Positions 33,583-43,784 of a stretch of DNA of 64,000 bases are shown in pieces. Each line of letters begins with the position of its first letter. Within the stretch, counting starts at the first letter, position 1. The DNA is taken from the NCBI GenBank assembly GCA_036272325.1, contig DATAYY010000022.1, forward strand, positions 14,739 to 78,738, read 5' to 3'. Position numbers and translations under genes: made by a program. This DNA comes from Caldimonas sp. Its GTDB lineage: Bacteria > Pseudomonadota > Gammaproteobacteria > Burkholderiales > Burkholderiaceae_C. The notes below the pieces were generated by a model. It made no database searches and was not told where the DNA came from. It saw nothing but the letters and a program-made list of their open reading frames with translations.

Positions 33583-34551
33583 TCAGATGCCGAAATAGGC
33601 GCGCACGGAGTGGAAGAAGACCGGCGCAGCGAAGCAGAGCGGCGCGACGCGGTCGAGCAGGCCGACCGCGCCGGTGACCGACGAATCGCCGCTCCAGCTG
33701 CGCGCGCCGGCGTCGCGCTTGAGCGCCTTGACGACGAACTCGCCGAGCGTCCCGGCCGCGCCGGCGAGAGCGCCCATTGCCATCGCGGCGAGCGGGTTGA
33801 ATGGCGTGACCCAATAGAGCAGCAGGCCGACGACGGCGGCGGCGCCGGCGCCGGTGCCGAACGCCCGCCACGAGAACGAGCGGCTGATCGCGCGTGCCAC
33901 CGGCCGCCGGCGAAGTCGCCGGCTCGCCGCCTCCTGGCCGAGCTGGGCGGCGACGACGACAACGACGAGGAAGAGGACCAGGAACGCACCGCGTTCGTGG
34001 AAGCGCGGCAGGTCGAGCAGGAGCAGCGCCGGCGCGTGGCTCATGCCGTAGACGGTGACGGTGACGCCCCACTGGATCTTGGCCGTTCGCTCGAGGAAGC
34101 GGAACGGGTCGTTGGCGAGCGCGCTGATGACCGGGATCGCGAAGAACACGTAGACCGGGATGAAGACCGTGAAGGCGTTGATCAGCCGCAAGCCGACCAG
34201 CACGTATTGCAACGGCAGGACGACGAAGAAGGCGAGCAGGAGGCTGCGGTGGTCGGCACGGCGGGTGTGCGTCAGCGTGATGTACTCGCGCAAGGCCAGG
34301 AACGAGACGAAGCCGAACAGCAGCGTCGAGCCGAGCGGCCCCGACACCCATGCGATCCAGAACAGCAGCGCGCCGACCCAGAGGGCGCGCAGCTCGCCGG
34401 CGAAACGCTCGCGCAGCGCGGTCTGTGCCGGCGTGAGATCGCGGAGCGAGCGCCCGAAGGCGACGATCGTGACGAGCCCGAGCAGCCCGAACAGGACGAC
34501 GAACAGCAGCCCGACCTGCTGGCTGACGGTGAGTGTGCGCAGCTCGCCCAT
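33583..34551 (-). CDS. Phosphatidate cytidylyltransferase-family (CdsA/YnbB-like) protein with degenerate catalytic motifs
   Basis: Multi-TM, LREYITL, KRDAG...LLDRV; SPxKT, KD and HGG motifs absent. Confidence 0.8.
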   Translation of the reverse strand: MGELRTLTVSQQVGLLFVVLFGLLGLVTIVAFGRSLRDLTPAQTALRERFAGELRALWVGALLFWIAWVSGPLGSTLLFGFVSFLALREYITLTHTRRADHRSLLLAFFVVLPLQYVLVGLRLINAFTVFIPVYVFFAIPVISALANDPFRFLERTAKIQWGVTVTVYGMSHAPALLLLDLPRFHERGAFLVLFLVVVVVAAQLGQEAASRRLRRRPVARAISRSFSWRAFGTGAGAAAVVGLLLYWVTPFNPLAAMAMGALAGAAGTLGEFVVKALKRDAGARSWSGDSSVTGAVGLLDRVAPLCFAAPVFFHSVRAYFGI

Positions 34552-35183
34552 CACGCGACGGCGCGCAGCGCCATCACGGCGGCACGCGCCCGGTCGAGGA
34601 ACGCGTGGCGCTCCTCGTCGGGCGCGAGCGTGATCGGCGGACCGAAGACGACCGTGCACAAGATCGGCACCGGAACGACCTCGCCCTTGGGCATCACCCG
34701 CTGCACGTTGTCGATCCAGGCCGGGATGAGCTGCACGTCGGGGAACGCCTGCGCGAGCGCGTACAGCCCCGACTTGAACGGCGCCGGGTCGGCGGCATGG
34801 CCGCGCGTGCCTTCGGGAAAGATGACGAGCGAGTCGCCACGGCGAAGCGCCTCCATCAGCGGCTCGAGCGGGTCCTCGTCGTCGGCCGTGCCGTCCTTGG
34901 CGCGCTGCCGGCTGACGTAGACGGCGTTGAAGACCTCGCGCGTCAGCCAGTGCCGGAACGGCGTCGCCGTCCAGTAGTCGCGCGCCGCGATCGGCCGCGT
35001 CGCCGCCCGCAGGTCGCGCGGCAGCGCCGCCCAGATCAGCACCCAGTCGAAGTGGCTCTGGTGATTGGCGAAGTAGATCCGCTGCTCGGCCTTCGGCGTC
35101 GAGCCGTGCCAGTGGCCCTGCGCGCCGGTGATGAGCCGGGCGATGAGGGCGAGCCCGAGGCCGGCGGCTTGCGGGAGCTTCAT
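34551..35183 (-). CDS. Lysophospholipid acyltransferase (PlsC family)
   Basis: NHQSHFD (HxxxxD), FPEGTR, FKSG. Confidence 0.92.
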   Translation of the reverse strand: MKLPQAAGLGLALIARLITGAQGHWHGSTPKAEQRIYFANHQSHFDWVLIWAALPRDLRAATRPIAARDYWTATPFRHWLTREVFNAVYVSRQRAKDGTADDEDPLEPLMEALRRGDSLVIFPEGTRGHAADPAPFKSGLYALAQAFPDVQLIPAWIDNVQRVMPKGEVVPVPILCTVVFGPPITLAPDEERHAFLDRARAAVMALRAVA

Positions 35184-35210
35184 CGCGCCCTGCTCGTCCG
35201 GCGGCTGGCC

Positions 35211-36779
35211 TCAGTGGCGGAAATGGCGTACGCCGGTGAAGACCATCGCGATGCCGCGTTCGTTCGCGGCCGCGATCACCTGATCGTCGCGCATCGAGCC
35301 GCCCGGCTGGATCACGCACGCCGCGCCGGCGTCGATGACGACGTCGAGACCGTCGCGAAACGGGAAGAACGCGTCGCTCGCCACCGCCGAGCCGACCAGT
35401 GACAGCTGCGCGGCCTCGGCCTTGATCGCGGCGATCCGCGCCGAGTCGAGCCGGCTCATCTGGCCGGCGCCGACTCCGAGCGTCATGCCGGAGGCAGCGA
35501 ACACGATCGCGTTGCTCTTGACGTAGCGGGCGACCGTCCAGGCGAACAGCAGATCGCGCGTCTGCTCGGCCGTCGGCGCCTTCGCTGTGACGACCTTGAG
35601 GTCGCGCTCGCCGATGTCGAGGTTGTCGGCGGTCTGGATCAGAAGCCCCGAACCGACGCGCTTCCACTCGTGCGTGTTGCGGCCGGCGTCGGGCCCTGGC
35701 AGCGCGATCTGCAGGACGCGCGTGTTCGCCTTGGCGGCGAAGACGGCGAGCGCATCGGCGCTGTATGACGGCGCGATCAGCACCTCGACGAACTGCTTGG
35801 CGACGAGCTCGGCCGCGGCGCGGTCGACCTCGCGGTTGAACGCGATGATGCCGCCGAACGCCGAGGTCGGGTCGGTATTGAAGGCCTTCGCGTACGCCAC
35901 CGCGCCGTCCTCGGCGACGGCGACGCCGCACGGGTTTGCGTGCTTGACGATGACGCACGCCGGCGAGTCGAAGCACTTGACGCACTCCCAGGCGGCGTCG
36001 GCGTCGGCGATGTTGTTGTACGAGAGCTCCTTGCCCTGCAGCTGCGCGGCCGTGACGAGCGAGCCCGGCGCCGGCGCGAGGTCGCGATAGAAGGCAGCGC
36101 GCTGGTGCGGGTTCTCGCCGTAGCGCAGGTCCTGCAGCTTGACGAACCTGCCGTTCGCCTGGGCCGGGAATTCGGCGCGCTCTGGAACGCCGTCGCTCGG
36201 GCCGGCGAGCGACGACAGATAGTCGCTGATCGCGCCGTCGTACTGCGCGATGCGGTCGAACGCCGCGACCGCGAGCGCGAAGCGGGTCGCCTTCGCGACC
36301 GCGCCGTCGCGCTTCAGCTCGGCGACGACGCCGGCGTACTGCGACGCGTCGGTCAGCACGGCGACGTGGCTCCAGTTCTTCGCTGCCGACCGCACCATCG
36401 CCGGGCCGCCGATGTCGATGTTCTCGATCGCATCGGCGAGCGTGCAGCCATCGCGTGCGACGGTCGCCTCGAACGGGTAGAGGTTGACGACGAGCAGGTC
36501 GATCGTCGCGATGCCGTGTTCTTCGAGTGCCGTCATGTGCGCGGCGTCGTCGCGGCGCGCCAGCAGGCCGCCATGGATCGTCGGGTGCAGCGTCTTGACG
36601 CGGCCGTCGAGCATCTCGGGAAATCCGGTGTGCGCCGCGACCTCCGTGACCGCCAGGCCGGCGCCGGCGAGCAGCTTGGCCGTGCCGCCGGTCGACAGCA
36701 GGCGGATGCCGAGCGCGGCCAGCTCGCGCGCGAGCTCGACGACGCCGGTCTTGTCGGAGACGGAGATCAATGCGTGCAT
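35211..36779 (-). CDS. purH: Bifunctional AICAR transformylase/IMP cyclohydrolase
   Basis: [38 protein letters not shown]. Confidence 0.98.
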   Translation of the reverse strand: MHALISVSDKTGVVELARELAALGIRLLSTGGTAKLLAGAGLAVTEVAAHTGFPEMLDGRVKTLHPTIHGGLLARRDDAAHMTALEEHGIATIDLLVVNLYPFEATVARDGCTLADAIENIDIGGPAMVRSAAKNWSHVAVLTDASQYAGVVAELKRDGAVAKATRFALAVAAFDRIAQYDGAISDYLSSLAGPSDGVPERAEFPAQANGRFVKLQDLRYGENPHQRAAFYRDLAPAPGSLVTAAQLQGKELSYNNIADADAAWECVKCFDSPACVIVKHANPCGVAVAEDGAVAYAKAFNTDPTSAFGGIIAFNREVDRAAAELVAKQFVEVLIAPSYSADALAVFAAKANTRVLQIALPGPDAGRNTHEWKRVGSGLLIQTADNLDIGERDLKVVTAKAPTAEQTRDLLFAWTVARYVKSNAIVFAASGMTLGVGAGQMSRLDSARIAAIKAEAAQLSLVGSAVASDAFFPFRDGLDVVIDAGAACVIQPGGSMRDDQVIAAANERGIAMVFTGVRHFRH

Positions 36780-36813
36780 CGCGGTCCTCCCTCGCGGTCG
36801 CGAGCGCACACGC

Positions 36814-37059
36814 TCACTTGATCAGCTTGTGCTCGAGGAGCTTGCGGCGCAGCGTGTTGCGGTTGATGCCGAGCCATTCGGCAGCGCGGCTCTGGTTGCC
36901 GCCGGCTTCCTTCATCACGACCTCGAACAGCGGCCTCTCGACGACGCGGATGATCATCTCATGCATCGCCGTCGGCTCGACGCCGCGCAGGTCGCGAAAG
37001 TAGCTCTCGAGGCTCTCGCGAACGCACTCTTCGATGTGCTTCTTGTTGGTGCTGGCCAT
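36814..37059 (-). CDS. fis: Fis-family nucleoid protein
   Basis: [24 protein letters not shown]; between dusB and purH. Confidence 0.93.
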   Translation of the reverse strand: MASTNKKHIEECVRESLESYFRDLRGVEPTAMHEMIIRVVERPLFEVVMKEAGGNQSRAAEWLGINRNTLRRKLLEHKLIK

Positions 37060-37069
37060 GTTCGCTCGT

Positions 37070-38104
37070 TCAGTGGATCGCCGGCGTCGTGTCGCCAGCC
37101 ACGTCGGTCGCCGGCATCGAGGGTATCTCGTCCGCGAGCCGGTCGAACCAGGCGCCGACGGCACGCGCCTGCGCGTCGCAGGACTCGATCGCGTTCATCT
37201 CGGCGCGGAACGCCTCGCCGCCGGGCAGCCCGCGCAGCGTCCAGCCGATGTGCTTTCGCGCACTGCGGACGCCGGCGAACTCACCGTAGAGCCGGTAATG
37301 GTCGTCGAGATGCTCGAGCAGCCAGCCCTTGACGTCGGCGACGCGCGGCGGCGGCGCTGCCTCGCCGGTCGCCAGGTACTGCGCAATCTCGCCGAACAGC
37401 CACGGCCGGCCCTGGGCAGCGCGGCCGATCATGATCGCGTCGGCGCCGGTCCTGGCAAAGACCCGGCGCGCCTTCGCCGGCGAGTCGATGTCGCCGTTGG
37501 CGACGACCGGGATCCGGACCGCGCGCTTGACCGCGGCGACGGTGTCGTATTCCGCCTCGCCCTTGTAGCCCTGCTCGCGGGTACGCCCGTGGACCGCGAT
37601 CATCGCGACGCCGGCGTCCTCGGCGGCGCGGGCGATGCGGACGGCGTTCTTCTCGCTCGCACACCAGCCGGTGCGCATCTTCAGCGTGACCGGAACGCGG
37701 TGCGGCGCGCATTCGCCGACGACAGCCTCGACGATCGCGAGCGCGAGCGGCTCGTCCTTCATCAGCGCCGAGCCGGCCCACTGGTTGCACACCTTCTTGG
37801 CCGGGCAGCCCATGTTGATGTCGATGATCTGCGCGCCGCGCGCGACGTTGTAGGCGGCGGCCTCGGCCATCATGGCGGCGTCGGTGCCGGCGATCTGCAC
37901 CGCGATCGGCGCCGTCTCGCCGTCGTGATCGGCGCGGCGGCTTGTCTTCAGCGTCGCCCACAGGTCCTTGCGCGAGGTCACCATCTCGCTCACCGCATAG
38001 CCGGCGCCGAGGCGCTTGCAGAGCTGACGGAACGGCCGATCGGTGACCCCCGCCATCGGCGCGGCGAAGAAGCGATTCGCCAGCGTGATGTGGCCGATGC
38101 GCAT
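37070..38104 (-). CDS. dusB: tRNA-dihydrouridine synthase DusB
   Basis: APMAGVTDRPFR, DINMGCPAKKV, VHGRTR, ANGDI. Confidence 0.96.
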   Translation of the reverse strand: MRIGHITLANRFFAAPMAGVTDRPFRQLCKRLGAGYAVSEMVTSRKDLWATLKTSRRADHDGETAPIAVQIAGTDAAMMAEAAAYNVARGAQIIDINMGCPAKKVCNQWAGSALMKDEPLALAIVEAVVGECAPHRVPVTLKMRTGWCASEKNAVRIARAAEDAGVAMIAVHGRTREQGYKGEAEYDTVAAVKRAVRIPVVANGDIDSPAKARRVFARTGADAIMIGRAAQGRPWLFGEIAQYLATGEAAPPPRVADVKGWLLEHLDDHYRLYGEFAGVRSARKHIGWTLRGLPGGEAFRAEMNAIESCDAQARAVGAWFDRLADEIPSMPATDVAGDTTPAIH

Positions 38105-38139
38105 GGGCAGTTCGGGGGAGTGCTGAAAAACGAGGCAGC

Positions 38140-38145
38140 AGTATA
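38140..38145 (-). promoter_or_regulatory. Putative -10 (TATACT) of dusB-fis
   Basis: TATACT followed by GC-rich discriminator, 35 nt before ATG. Confidence 0.45.
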
Positions 38146-38209
38146 GCGGCGCAAAAACCGCGCCGGAACGCGCCGGACCACCGCATTCGCGGGCTCGATA
38201 ATCGATCCG

Positions 38210-38692
38210 ATGGATCGCTGGCTCGACTGGCTGATTGGCGCGATGTCGCTGCCGGAGGTCGGCCTCTCGACGGTCTTCTTCATCGCCTTCATCGCCTCGA
38301 CGTTGGTGCCGCTCGGCTCCGAGCCGGCGGTCTTTGCGCTGGTCAAGCTCAACCCGACGATGTTCTGGCCTGCCGTCGGCGCGGCGACGGCCGGGGCGAC
38401 GCTCGGCGGCGCACTGACCTGGTGGATGGGCTACGGCGCCGAGCGCTCTTACGAGCACATGACGCACCGCGATCCGAACGTCCGCGCGCTGCGCTGGCTC
38501 GAGCGGTTCGGGCCGAAGGCCTGCCTGCTGTCGTGGCTCCCGATCGTCGGCGATCCGCTCTGCGCGGTGGCGGGATGGCTGAAGCTCTCGTTCTGGCCGT
38601 GCGTCACCTACATGCTGATCGGCAAGTTCGCTCGCTACTTCATGATGACGGTCGGCTTGCTCTGGTTCTTCCCTGGCCAGTTCACGCGCTGA
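38210..38692 (+). CDS. YqaA/DedA-family membrane protein
   Basis: FIASTLVPLGSE, LLSWLPIVGDPLC...AGW, GKFARY. Confidence 0.92.
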   Translation: MDRWLDWLIGAMSLPEVGLSTVFFIAFIASTLVPLGSEPAVFALVKLNPTMFWPAVGAATAGATLGGALTWWMGYGAERSYEHMTHRDPNVRALRWLERFGPKACLLSWLPIVGDPLCAVAGWLKLSFWPCVTYMLIGKFARYFMMTVGLLWFFPGQFTR

Positions 38693-38703
38693 TTCAGGCG
38701 GCA

Positions 38704-38738
38704 CAAAACGAAGAGGACGCCGCAGCGTCCTCTTTCGT
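38704..38738. terminator. Bidirectional intrinsic terminator between yqaA-like gene and phasin
   Basis: AAGAGGACGC-CGCA-GCGTCCTCTT 10-bp stem with A-tract upstream and T-tract downstream. Confidence 0.85.
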
Positions 38739-38754
38739 CGGCTGCCGAGCCTGA

Positions 38755-39267
38755 TCAGGCAGCGCTCTTGCGGGCGCGCTTGGCGGTCTTGCCGGAGGCC
38801 GACCTGGCGCCGGTCTTGGCCGCGGTCTTCTTGACCGCCGGGCGGGCGCCGCGCGAGATCTGCGCCGAGAGCTCCTCGATTCGCGCCTTGAGCGCTTCGA
38901 CATCGCGCGCCGACGGCACGTTGAGCTTCTTCATCGCCTTGGCGGTGCGCTCCTCGAAGATCGACTCGAGCCTGTCCCAGTGCTTGCCGGCCTTGGCACT
39001 GACGTCGTCGGCCATGCTCGTCATCTTGCTCGTGACGTCGCCAAAGCGCTCTTCGGCGACGCTCTGCGTCTTCTTCTGCAGGTTGGCGCCTTCCTTGACG
39101 AGCGCGTCGAAGACCTGCTTGCCCTCGGCCTGCGCCTTGGCGAACGCGCCCATGCCGGCGAGCCAGATCTGCTGCGCCGAGTCCTTCACCTGGCTGGCGA
39201 GCGCGCTGTCGAAGAGGCCGGCGCCGGTCTTCTTCTTGTCGGCCATCGCCTTGAGTTTCCTGACCAT
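38755..39267 (-). CDS. Phasin (PhaF/PhaI-like PHA granule-associated protein)
   Basis: QQIWLAGMGAFAKAQ, WDRLESIFEER; short K/A-rich tail. Confidence 0.9.
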   Translation of the reverse strand: MVRKLKAMADKKKTGAGLFDSALASQVKDSAQQIWLAGMGAFAKAQAEGKQVFDALVKEGANLQKKTQSVAEERFGDVTSKMTSMADDVSAKAGKHWDRLESIFEERTAKAMKKLNVPSARDVEALKARIEELSAQISRGARPAVKKTAAKTGARSASGKTAKRARKSAA

Positions 39268-39467
39268 CTGGTTCTCCTGTCGTGTGCTGCGGCTTCGCAG
39301 GTGCGACCGCTGCCGATCACTCTAGCCAAGCCGGCTCGGGAGAACACCCTAAACGCGCGAGTGCGCCCGTCCCTGACCGGGTTTGCCCCGCGGGCCGGGG
39401 CTGCGGCTCTGTTCAAGAATCGCCGCAGGCGGCGCGGTCGGCGCGCGGCGCGAGAGGGAGGGTCCGC

Positions 39468-41477
39468 ATGCGTTACTTCGTCACCGGAGCCACGGGCTTC
39501 ATCGGCAGGAGGCTCGTCAAGGCACTGCTGGCGCGGCGCGGAGCCGTCGTCTATTTCCTGCTCCGCCGCGAGAGCGAAGCCAAGGTCCCGGCGCTGCTCG
39601 CCTACTGGGGCGAGGACGGCAGCGAGGGCAAGCCCCGCGCCGTCGCCGTCTACGGTGACCTGACCGCCAAGCGCCTCGGCGTCGGCGCAGACGAGATCAG
39701 GAAGTTGAAGGGCCAGATCGACCACGTCTATCACCTCGCCGCGGTGTACGACCTCGCAGCCGACGCCGAATCACAGGTCGCAACCAACATCGACGGCACA
39801 CGTGACGTGGTCGAGTTCGCGAAGGCGGTCGACGCCGGCCACCTGCACCACGTCAGCTCGATCGCCGCCGCTGGCCTCTACGAGGGCGTCTTTCGCGAGG
39901 ACATGTTCGACGAGGCGGAAAACCTCGACCACCCGTATTTCATGACCAAGCACGAGAGCGAGAAGATCGTGCGCACGGAATCAAAGGTGCCGTGGACCGT
40001 CTACCGGCCGGCGCTCGTCGTCGGCGATTCGCGCACCGGCGAGATGGACAAGATCGACGGTCCGTACTATTTCTTCAAGCTCATCCAGCGGATGCGCCAG
40101 ATCCTGCCGCCGTGGATGCCGTCGATCGGCATCGAGGGCGGCCGCATCAACATCGTCCCGGTCGATTTCGTCGTCGCCGCGCTCGACCACATCAGCCACC
40201 TGAAGACCGATCTCGCTGGCCGCTGCTTTCATCTCGTCGACCCGCTCGGCTATCGCGTCGGCGACGTGCTCGACGTCTTCAGCAAGGCCGCGCACGCGCC
40301 GAAGATGAACCTGTTCGTGAACGCGGCGCTGCTCGGCTTCGTGCCGAAGAGCGTCAAGAAGGGCTTGCTGGCGCTCGCGCCTGTGCGCCGCGTCAAGGCC
40401 GCGGTGCTGAAGGACCTCGGCCTGCCCGACGACATGCTCACCTTCGTCAACTTCCCGACGCGATACGACTGCCGCGAGACGCTCGCGGCGCTGAAGGGCT
40501 CCGGGATCGCGTGCCCGCTGCTGCCCGACTACGCGTGGCGCCTGTGGGACTACTGGGAGCGCCATCTCGACCCGGCGTTGCAGATCGACCGGTCGCTCCG
40601 CGGCACCGTCGCCGGCAAGGTCGTGCTCGTCACCGGCGGCTCGTCGGGGATCGGCCTGGCGGCGGCGTGCAAGTTCGCCGAGGCCGGCGCGATCACCGTC
40701 ATCTGCGCCCGCGACGAAGCCAAGCTCGCCGAGGCGAAGGCCGAGATCGTCGCCAAGGCCGGCAAGGGTGCCAACGTCGAGACCTTCTCGGCCGACATCG
40801 CCGACGAGGCGAGCTGCAAGGCGCTGATCGACTGGCTGCACGACAAGCACGGCGGCGTCGACTTCCTGGTCAACAACGCGGGCCGCTCGATCCGGCGCGC
40901 GATCGAGGCGAGTTACGAGCGCTTCCACGACTTCGAGCGGACGATGCAGCTGAACTACTTCGGCTGCCTGCGCGTGACGATGGGCCTGTTGCCCGGGATG
41001 GTCGCCAAGAAGAGGGGGCACGTCGTCAACATCAGCTCGATCGGCGTGCTGACGAACGCGCCGCGCTTTTCCGCCTACGTCGCCTCGAAGGCCGCGCTCG
41101 ACGCCTGGACGCGCTGCGCGTCGAGCGAATACGCCGACATGGGCATCACCTTCACGACGATCAACATGCCGCTCGTTCGCACGCCGATGATCGGCCCGAC
41201 CAAGCTCTACGACAACGTGCCGGTGCTGGCGCCAGAAGACGCGGCCAACATGATCGCGGAGGCCTGCGTCTTCAAGCCGGTGCGGATCGCGACGCGCCTC
41301 GGGATCACCGGCGAGTTGCTGCACGCGCTCGTGCCGCGCGTCGCCCAGATCGTCATGAACTCCAGCTTCCGCATGTTCCCGGACAGCGCGGCGGCCAAGG
41401 GCGACAAGGACAAGAAGTACCAGCCGTCGGCGGAAGCGCTGGCGATGGCGCAGATGATGCGCGGCATCCATTTCTGA
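39468..41477 (+). CDS. Two-domain SDR, probable fatty acyl-CoA reductase (NAD-binding-4 domain plus classical SDR domain)
   Basis: TGATGFIG...YFMTKHESE N-domain; TGGSSGIG...NNAGRSIRR...YVASK C-domain; ends RGIHF. Confidence 0.88.
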   Translation: MRYFVTGATGFIGRRLVKALLARRGAVVYFLLRRESEAKVPALLAYWGEDGSEGKPRAVAVYGDLTAKRLGVGADEIRKLKGQIDHVYHLAAVYDLAADAESQVATNIDGTRDVVEFAKAVDAGHLHHVSSIAAAGLYEGVFREDMFDEAENLDHPYFMTKHESEKIVRTESKVPWTVYRPALVVGDSRTGEMDKIDGPYYFFKLIQRMRQILPPWMPSIGIEGGRINIVPVDFVVAALDHISHLKTDLAGRCFHLVDPLGYRVGDVLDVFSKAAHAPKMNLFVNAALLGFVPKSVKKGLLALAPVRRVKAAVLKDLGLPDDMLTFVNFPTRYDCRETLAALKGSGIACPLLPDYAWRLWDYWERHLDPALQIDRSLRGTVAGKVVLVTGGSSGIGLAAACKFAEAGAITVICARDEAKLAEAKAEIVAKAGKGANVETFSADIADEASCKALIDWLHDKHGGVDFLVNNAGRSIRRAIEASYERFHDFERTMQLNYFGCLRVTMGLLPGMVAKKRGHVVNISSIGVLTNAPRFSAYVASKAALDAWTRCASSEYADMGITFTTINMPLVRTPMIGPTKLYDNVPVLAPEDAANMIAEACVFKPVRIATRLGITGELLHALVPRVAQIVMNSSFRMFPDSAAAKGDKDKKYQPSAEALAMAQMMRGIHF

Positions 41478-41557
41478 CCCAGCTCGACTGCGCTCGCACG
41501 CGTTGGCCGGGCGGGGCTCGTTCGACGGATCACCGGCCGGACGGGCCGGCGTCGCGG

Positions 41558-42310
41558 TCAGGAGGACTTCGAGCGGGCCATGACCAGGGCGGGGTCGGCG
41601 CGGTATTGCTGCGGGAACATCACCTTCAGGTTGGCGATTTTGGGCAGGTCGAAGCGCGCGATGTAGCCCGTGTCGGGGTGCAGCGTCAGGTAGTCCTGGT
41701 GGTACGCCTCGGCCGGATAGAACGCGACGAGCGGGACGACCTGGGTCACGATCTTCTTCGGGTAGACCTTGGCGGCGTCGAGCTGGGCGATGTAGCGCTC
41801 GGTCGTCTCCTTCTGCGCTGCGTCGGCGTAGAAGATCGCCGAGCGGTATTGGGTGCCGCTATCGGGATCTTGGCGGTTGAGCTGCGTCGGGTCGTGCGCG
41901 ACCGAGAAGAAGATCTGCAGCAGCGTGCCGTAGCTCACCTTCTTCGGGTCGTACGTGATCTTCACCGACTCGGCGTGGCCAGTCAGACCGCTGCCGACGA
42001 GCTCGTACATCGCCGTCTTCTCGGCGCCCCCGGAATAACCAGAGACTGCCTGGACGACGCCGTTCACGCGCTGGAAGACGCCCTGGATGCCCCAGAAGCA
42101 GCCGCCGGCAAAGACCGCAGTCTGGATGCCGCTTGCGCCGGTCGTCGTGTCGACCGCCGGCGGCGCGATCTTCACCGCCGCCTCGCCGGCCCGGCTCGCC
42201 ATCGGCGCGACGCCGGCGAGGACGAGGGCGGCGAGCGTGGCGACGCTGGCGATGGTGGCGCAGAGGCCGGCGCGGCGAACCGGCGAGAAGGAAAAGAAGC
42301 GTCCGGTCAT
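41558..42310 (-). CDS. msrA: Exported peptide-methionine (S)-S-oxide reductase
   Basis: GGCFWG, GHAES, QYRSAIFY, AEAYHQDY; N-terminal signal peptide; GGAG RBS. Confidence 0.93.
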   Translation of the reverse strand: MTGRFFSFSPVRRAGLCATIASVATLAALVLAGVAPMASRAGEAAVKIAPPAVDTTTGASGIQTAVFAGGCFWGIQGVFQRVNGVVQAVSGYSGGAEKTAMYELVGSGLTGHAESVKITYDPKKVSYGTLLQIFFSVAHDPTQLNRQDPDSGTQYRSAIFYADAAQKETTERYIAQLDAAKVYPKKIVTQVVPLVAFYPAEAYHQDYLTLHPDTGYIARFDLPKIANLKVMFPQQYRADPALVMARSKSS

Positions 42311-42406
42311 GGTCGTGACTCCGTCAAATGCTGCTGGGTCGGCGCCAGTGCGCGGATCATTACAGAGTCGGCGTCCCTGTGCCGGCGGCCTCGCCAAGTC
42401 CTTTGC

Positions 42407-43777
42407 TTAGCTCGCGGCCGGCAACGCAGTGCCGAGGTAGGCGCCGTCTTCGTCGAGCGCTGCCTGCACGACATCGATCGGCACGGTGCGCAGCGCCTCG
42501 GACCGGCGCTGACCGAGCGTGGCGAGCGTCCCGGCCGCCTGGCCCATGACGAAGCAAGCGCCCGAGACGCGCGCCGCCGATTGGCCGTCGTGCGTCATCG
42601 ACGCGCAACGGCCGGCGACGAGCAGGTTCCGCGGCGGCCGCGTGGCGCCGCCGACGCGCGGCAGCAGCATCCCGAGCGGCAGCTGGTTGAAGCCGCGCGA
42701 CTCGGGGATCGGCGGCCAGCGCCACTCGACGTCACCGGCGACGTGCAGCTCGAGCGGCCAGCCGTTGACGCCGATCGTGTCGGCGAAGTCGGCACAGCCG
42801 ACGATCTCGTCGCCGCTCAGCACGTGCTCGCCGATCAGCCGGCGCGTCTCGCGGATGCCAAGCTGCGGCGCGATCTCGAGCAGGTAGGCCTTCTCGAACC
42901 CGGGCACGCGGGTGCGCAGGAAGCGGAGGTAGTCGAGCACCTGGCGGCGACCTTCGACTTCACCAAGGGAGAGCGACCGCGCGTCGGTGCCGTCGACCGC
43001 CGAGCCGTCGGCGTTCTTCAGCTGGGTGACGTTGACGCGCCACTCGCCGGCATGGCGCTGCGGCCGCACGATCGCGCCGCGGCGCGGGAAGCGGAACTCG
43101 CCGGCCGCCTCGGCCGCGTCCATGCGCGCCGGGATCGTCCGCCAGGCTTCGCCGGCAAGCGCATCGTCGACGCCGCCAACGCGAAACATCAGGGTCGGAA
43201 AGAGCATCGCGCCGCCGTGCGCCATCGCTGCGCCGGCGAAGTGCGCGAGGTCGCCGTCGCCCGAGCAGTCGATGAAGGTGCGGCCACGGATCGCGAAGCG
43301 GCCCGACTTCGTCTCGACGAGGAGCACATCGACGTCGCCGTGTTCGCCGCGCACGACGTCGACAGCACAAGCGTGGAACAAGACTTCGGCGCCGGCGCCG
43401 AGCAGCATCGCGTCGGCGGCGCACTTGAACGCCGCCGTGTCGTACGCCTGCGCATGGATCTTTCCGAAGACGACGTGCGGTGCACTCAGCCCGTCGAGCG
43501 CACGCAGCCGGTCGAGCAGCTCGTCGGCGACACCATGGACGACCTGCACGATCGCGCCGTGCACGTTGGCGTGCAGGCCGCAGAAATTGGTGACGCCCGC
43601 GGCAGTGCCCATGCCGCCGAGAAAGCCGTAGCGCTCGACGAGGAGCGTACTTGCGCCGCGCCGCGCCGCGGCGGTTGCCGCCGCCAGCCCTGCCGGACCA
43701 CCGCCGAGGACGACGACGTCGCGCTCGGCGAAGATCGGTGTCGAGCGCGCCCGCTCGGCGATCGCCGGGGTGGCCAC
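42407..43777 (-). CDS. FAD-dependent oxidoreductase of unknown substrate
   Basis: GGGPAG, ERYGFLGG, IDCSGDGDL, GIRETRRL, VAGRC. Confidence 0.9.
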   Translation of the reverse strand: MATPAIAERARSTPIFAERDVVVLGGGPAGLAAATAAARRGASTLLVERYGFLGGMGTAAGVTNFCGLHANVHGAIVQVVHGVADELLDRLRALDGLSAPHVVFGKIHAQAYDTAAFKCAADAMLLGAGAEVLFHACAVDVVRGEHGDVDVLLVETKSGRFAIRGRTFIDCSGDGDLAHFAGAAMAHGGAMLFPTLMFRVGGVDDALAGEAWRTIPARMDAAEAAGEFRFPRRGAIVRPQRHAGEWRVNVTQLKNADGSAVDGTDARSLSLGEVEGRRQVLDYLRFLRTRVPGFEKAYLLEIAPQLGIRETRRLIGEHVLSGDEIVGCADFADTIGVNGWPLELHVAGDVEWRWPPIPESRGFNQLPLGMLLPRVGGATRPPRNLLVAGRCASMTHDGQSAARVSGACFVMGQAAGTLATLGQRRSEALRTVPIDVVQAALDEDGAYLGTALPAAS

Positions 43778-43784
43778 GGCCTGC

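Noticed and set aside
27231-35985. Track ORFs 27231-29297, 29164-30969 and 33583-35985 (also 52001-54826) that look like fusions or frameshifted genes
   Set aside because: In each case only the 3' part is protein-like and has its own coupled start; upstream genes have their own stops in other frames
39268-39467. CTGC...GCAG inverted repeats as PhaR operators
   Set aside because: Spacing (6 nt and longer) does not fit the short-spacer motif, and such repeats are common at this GC content
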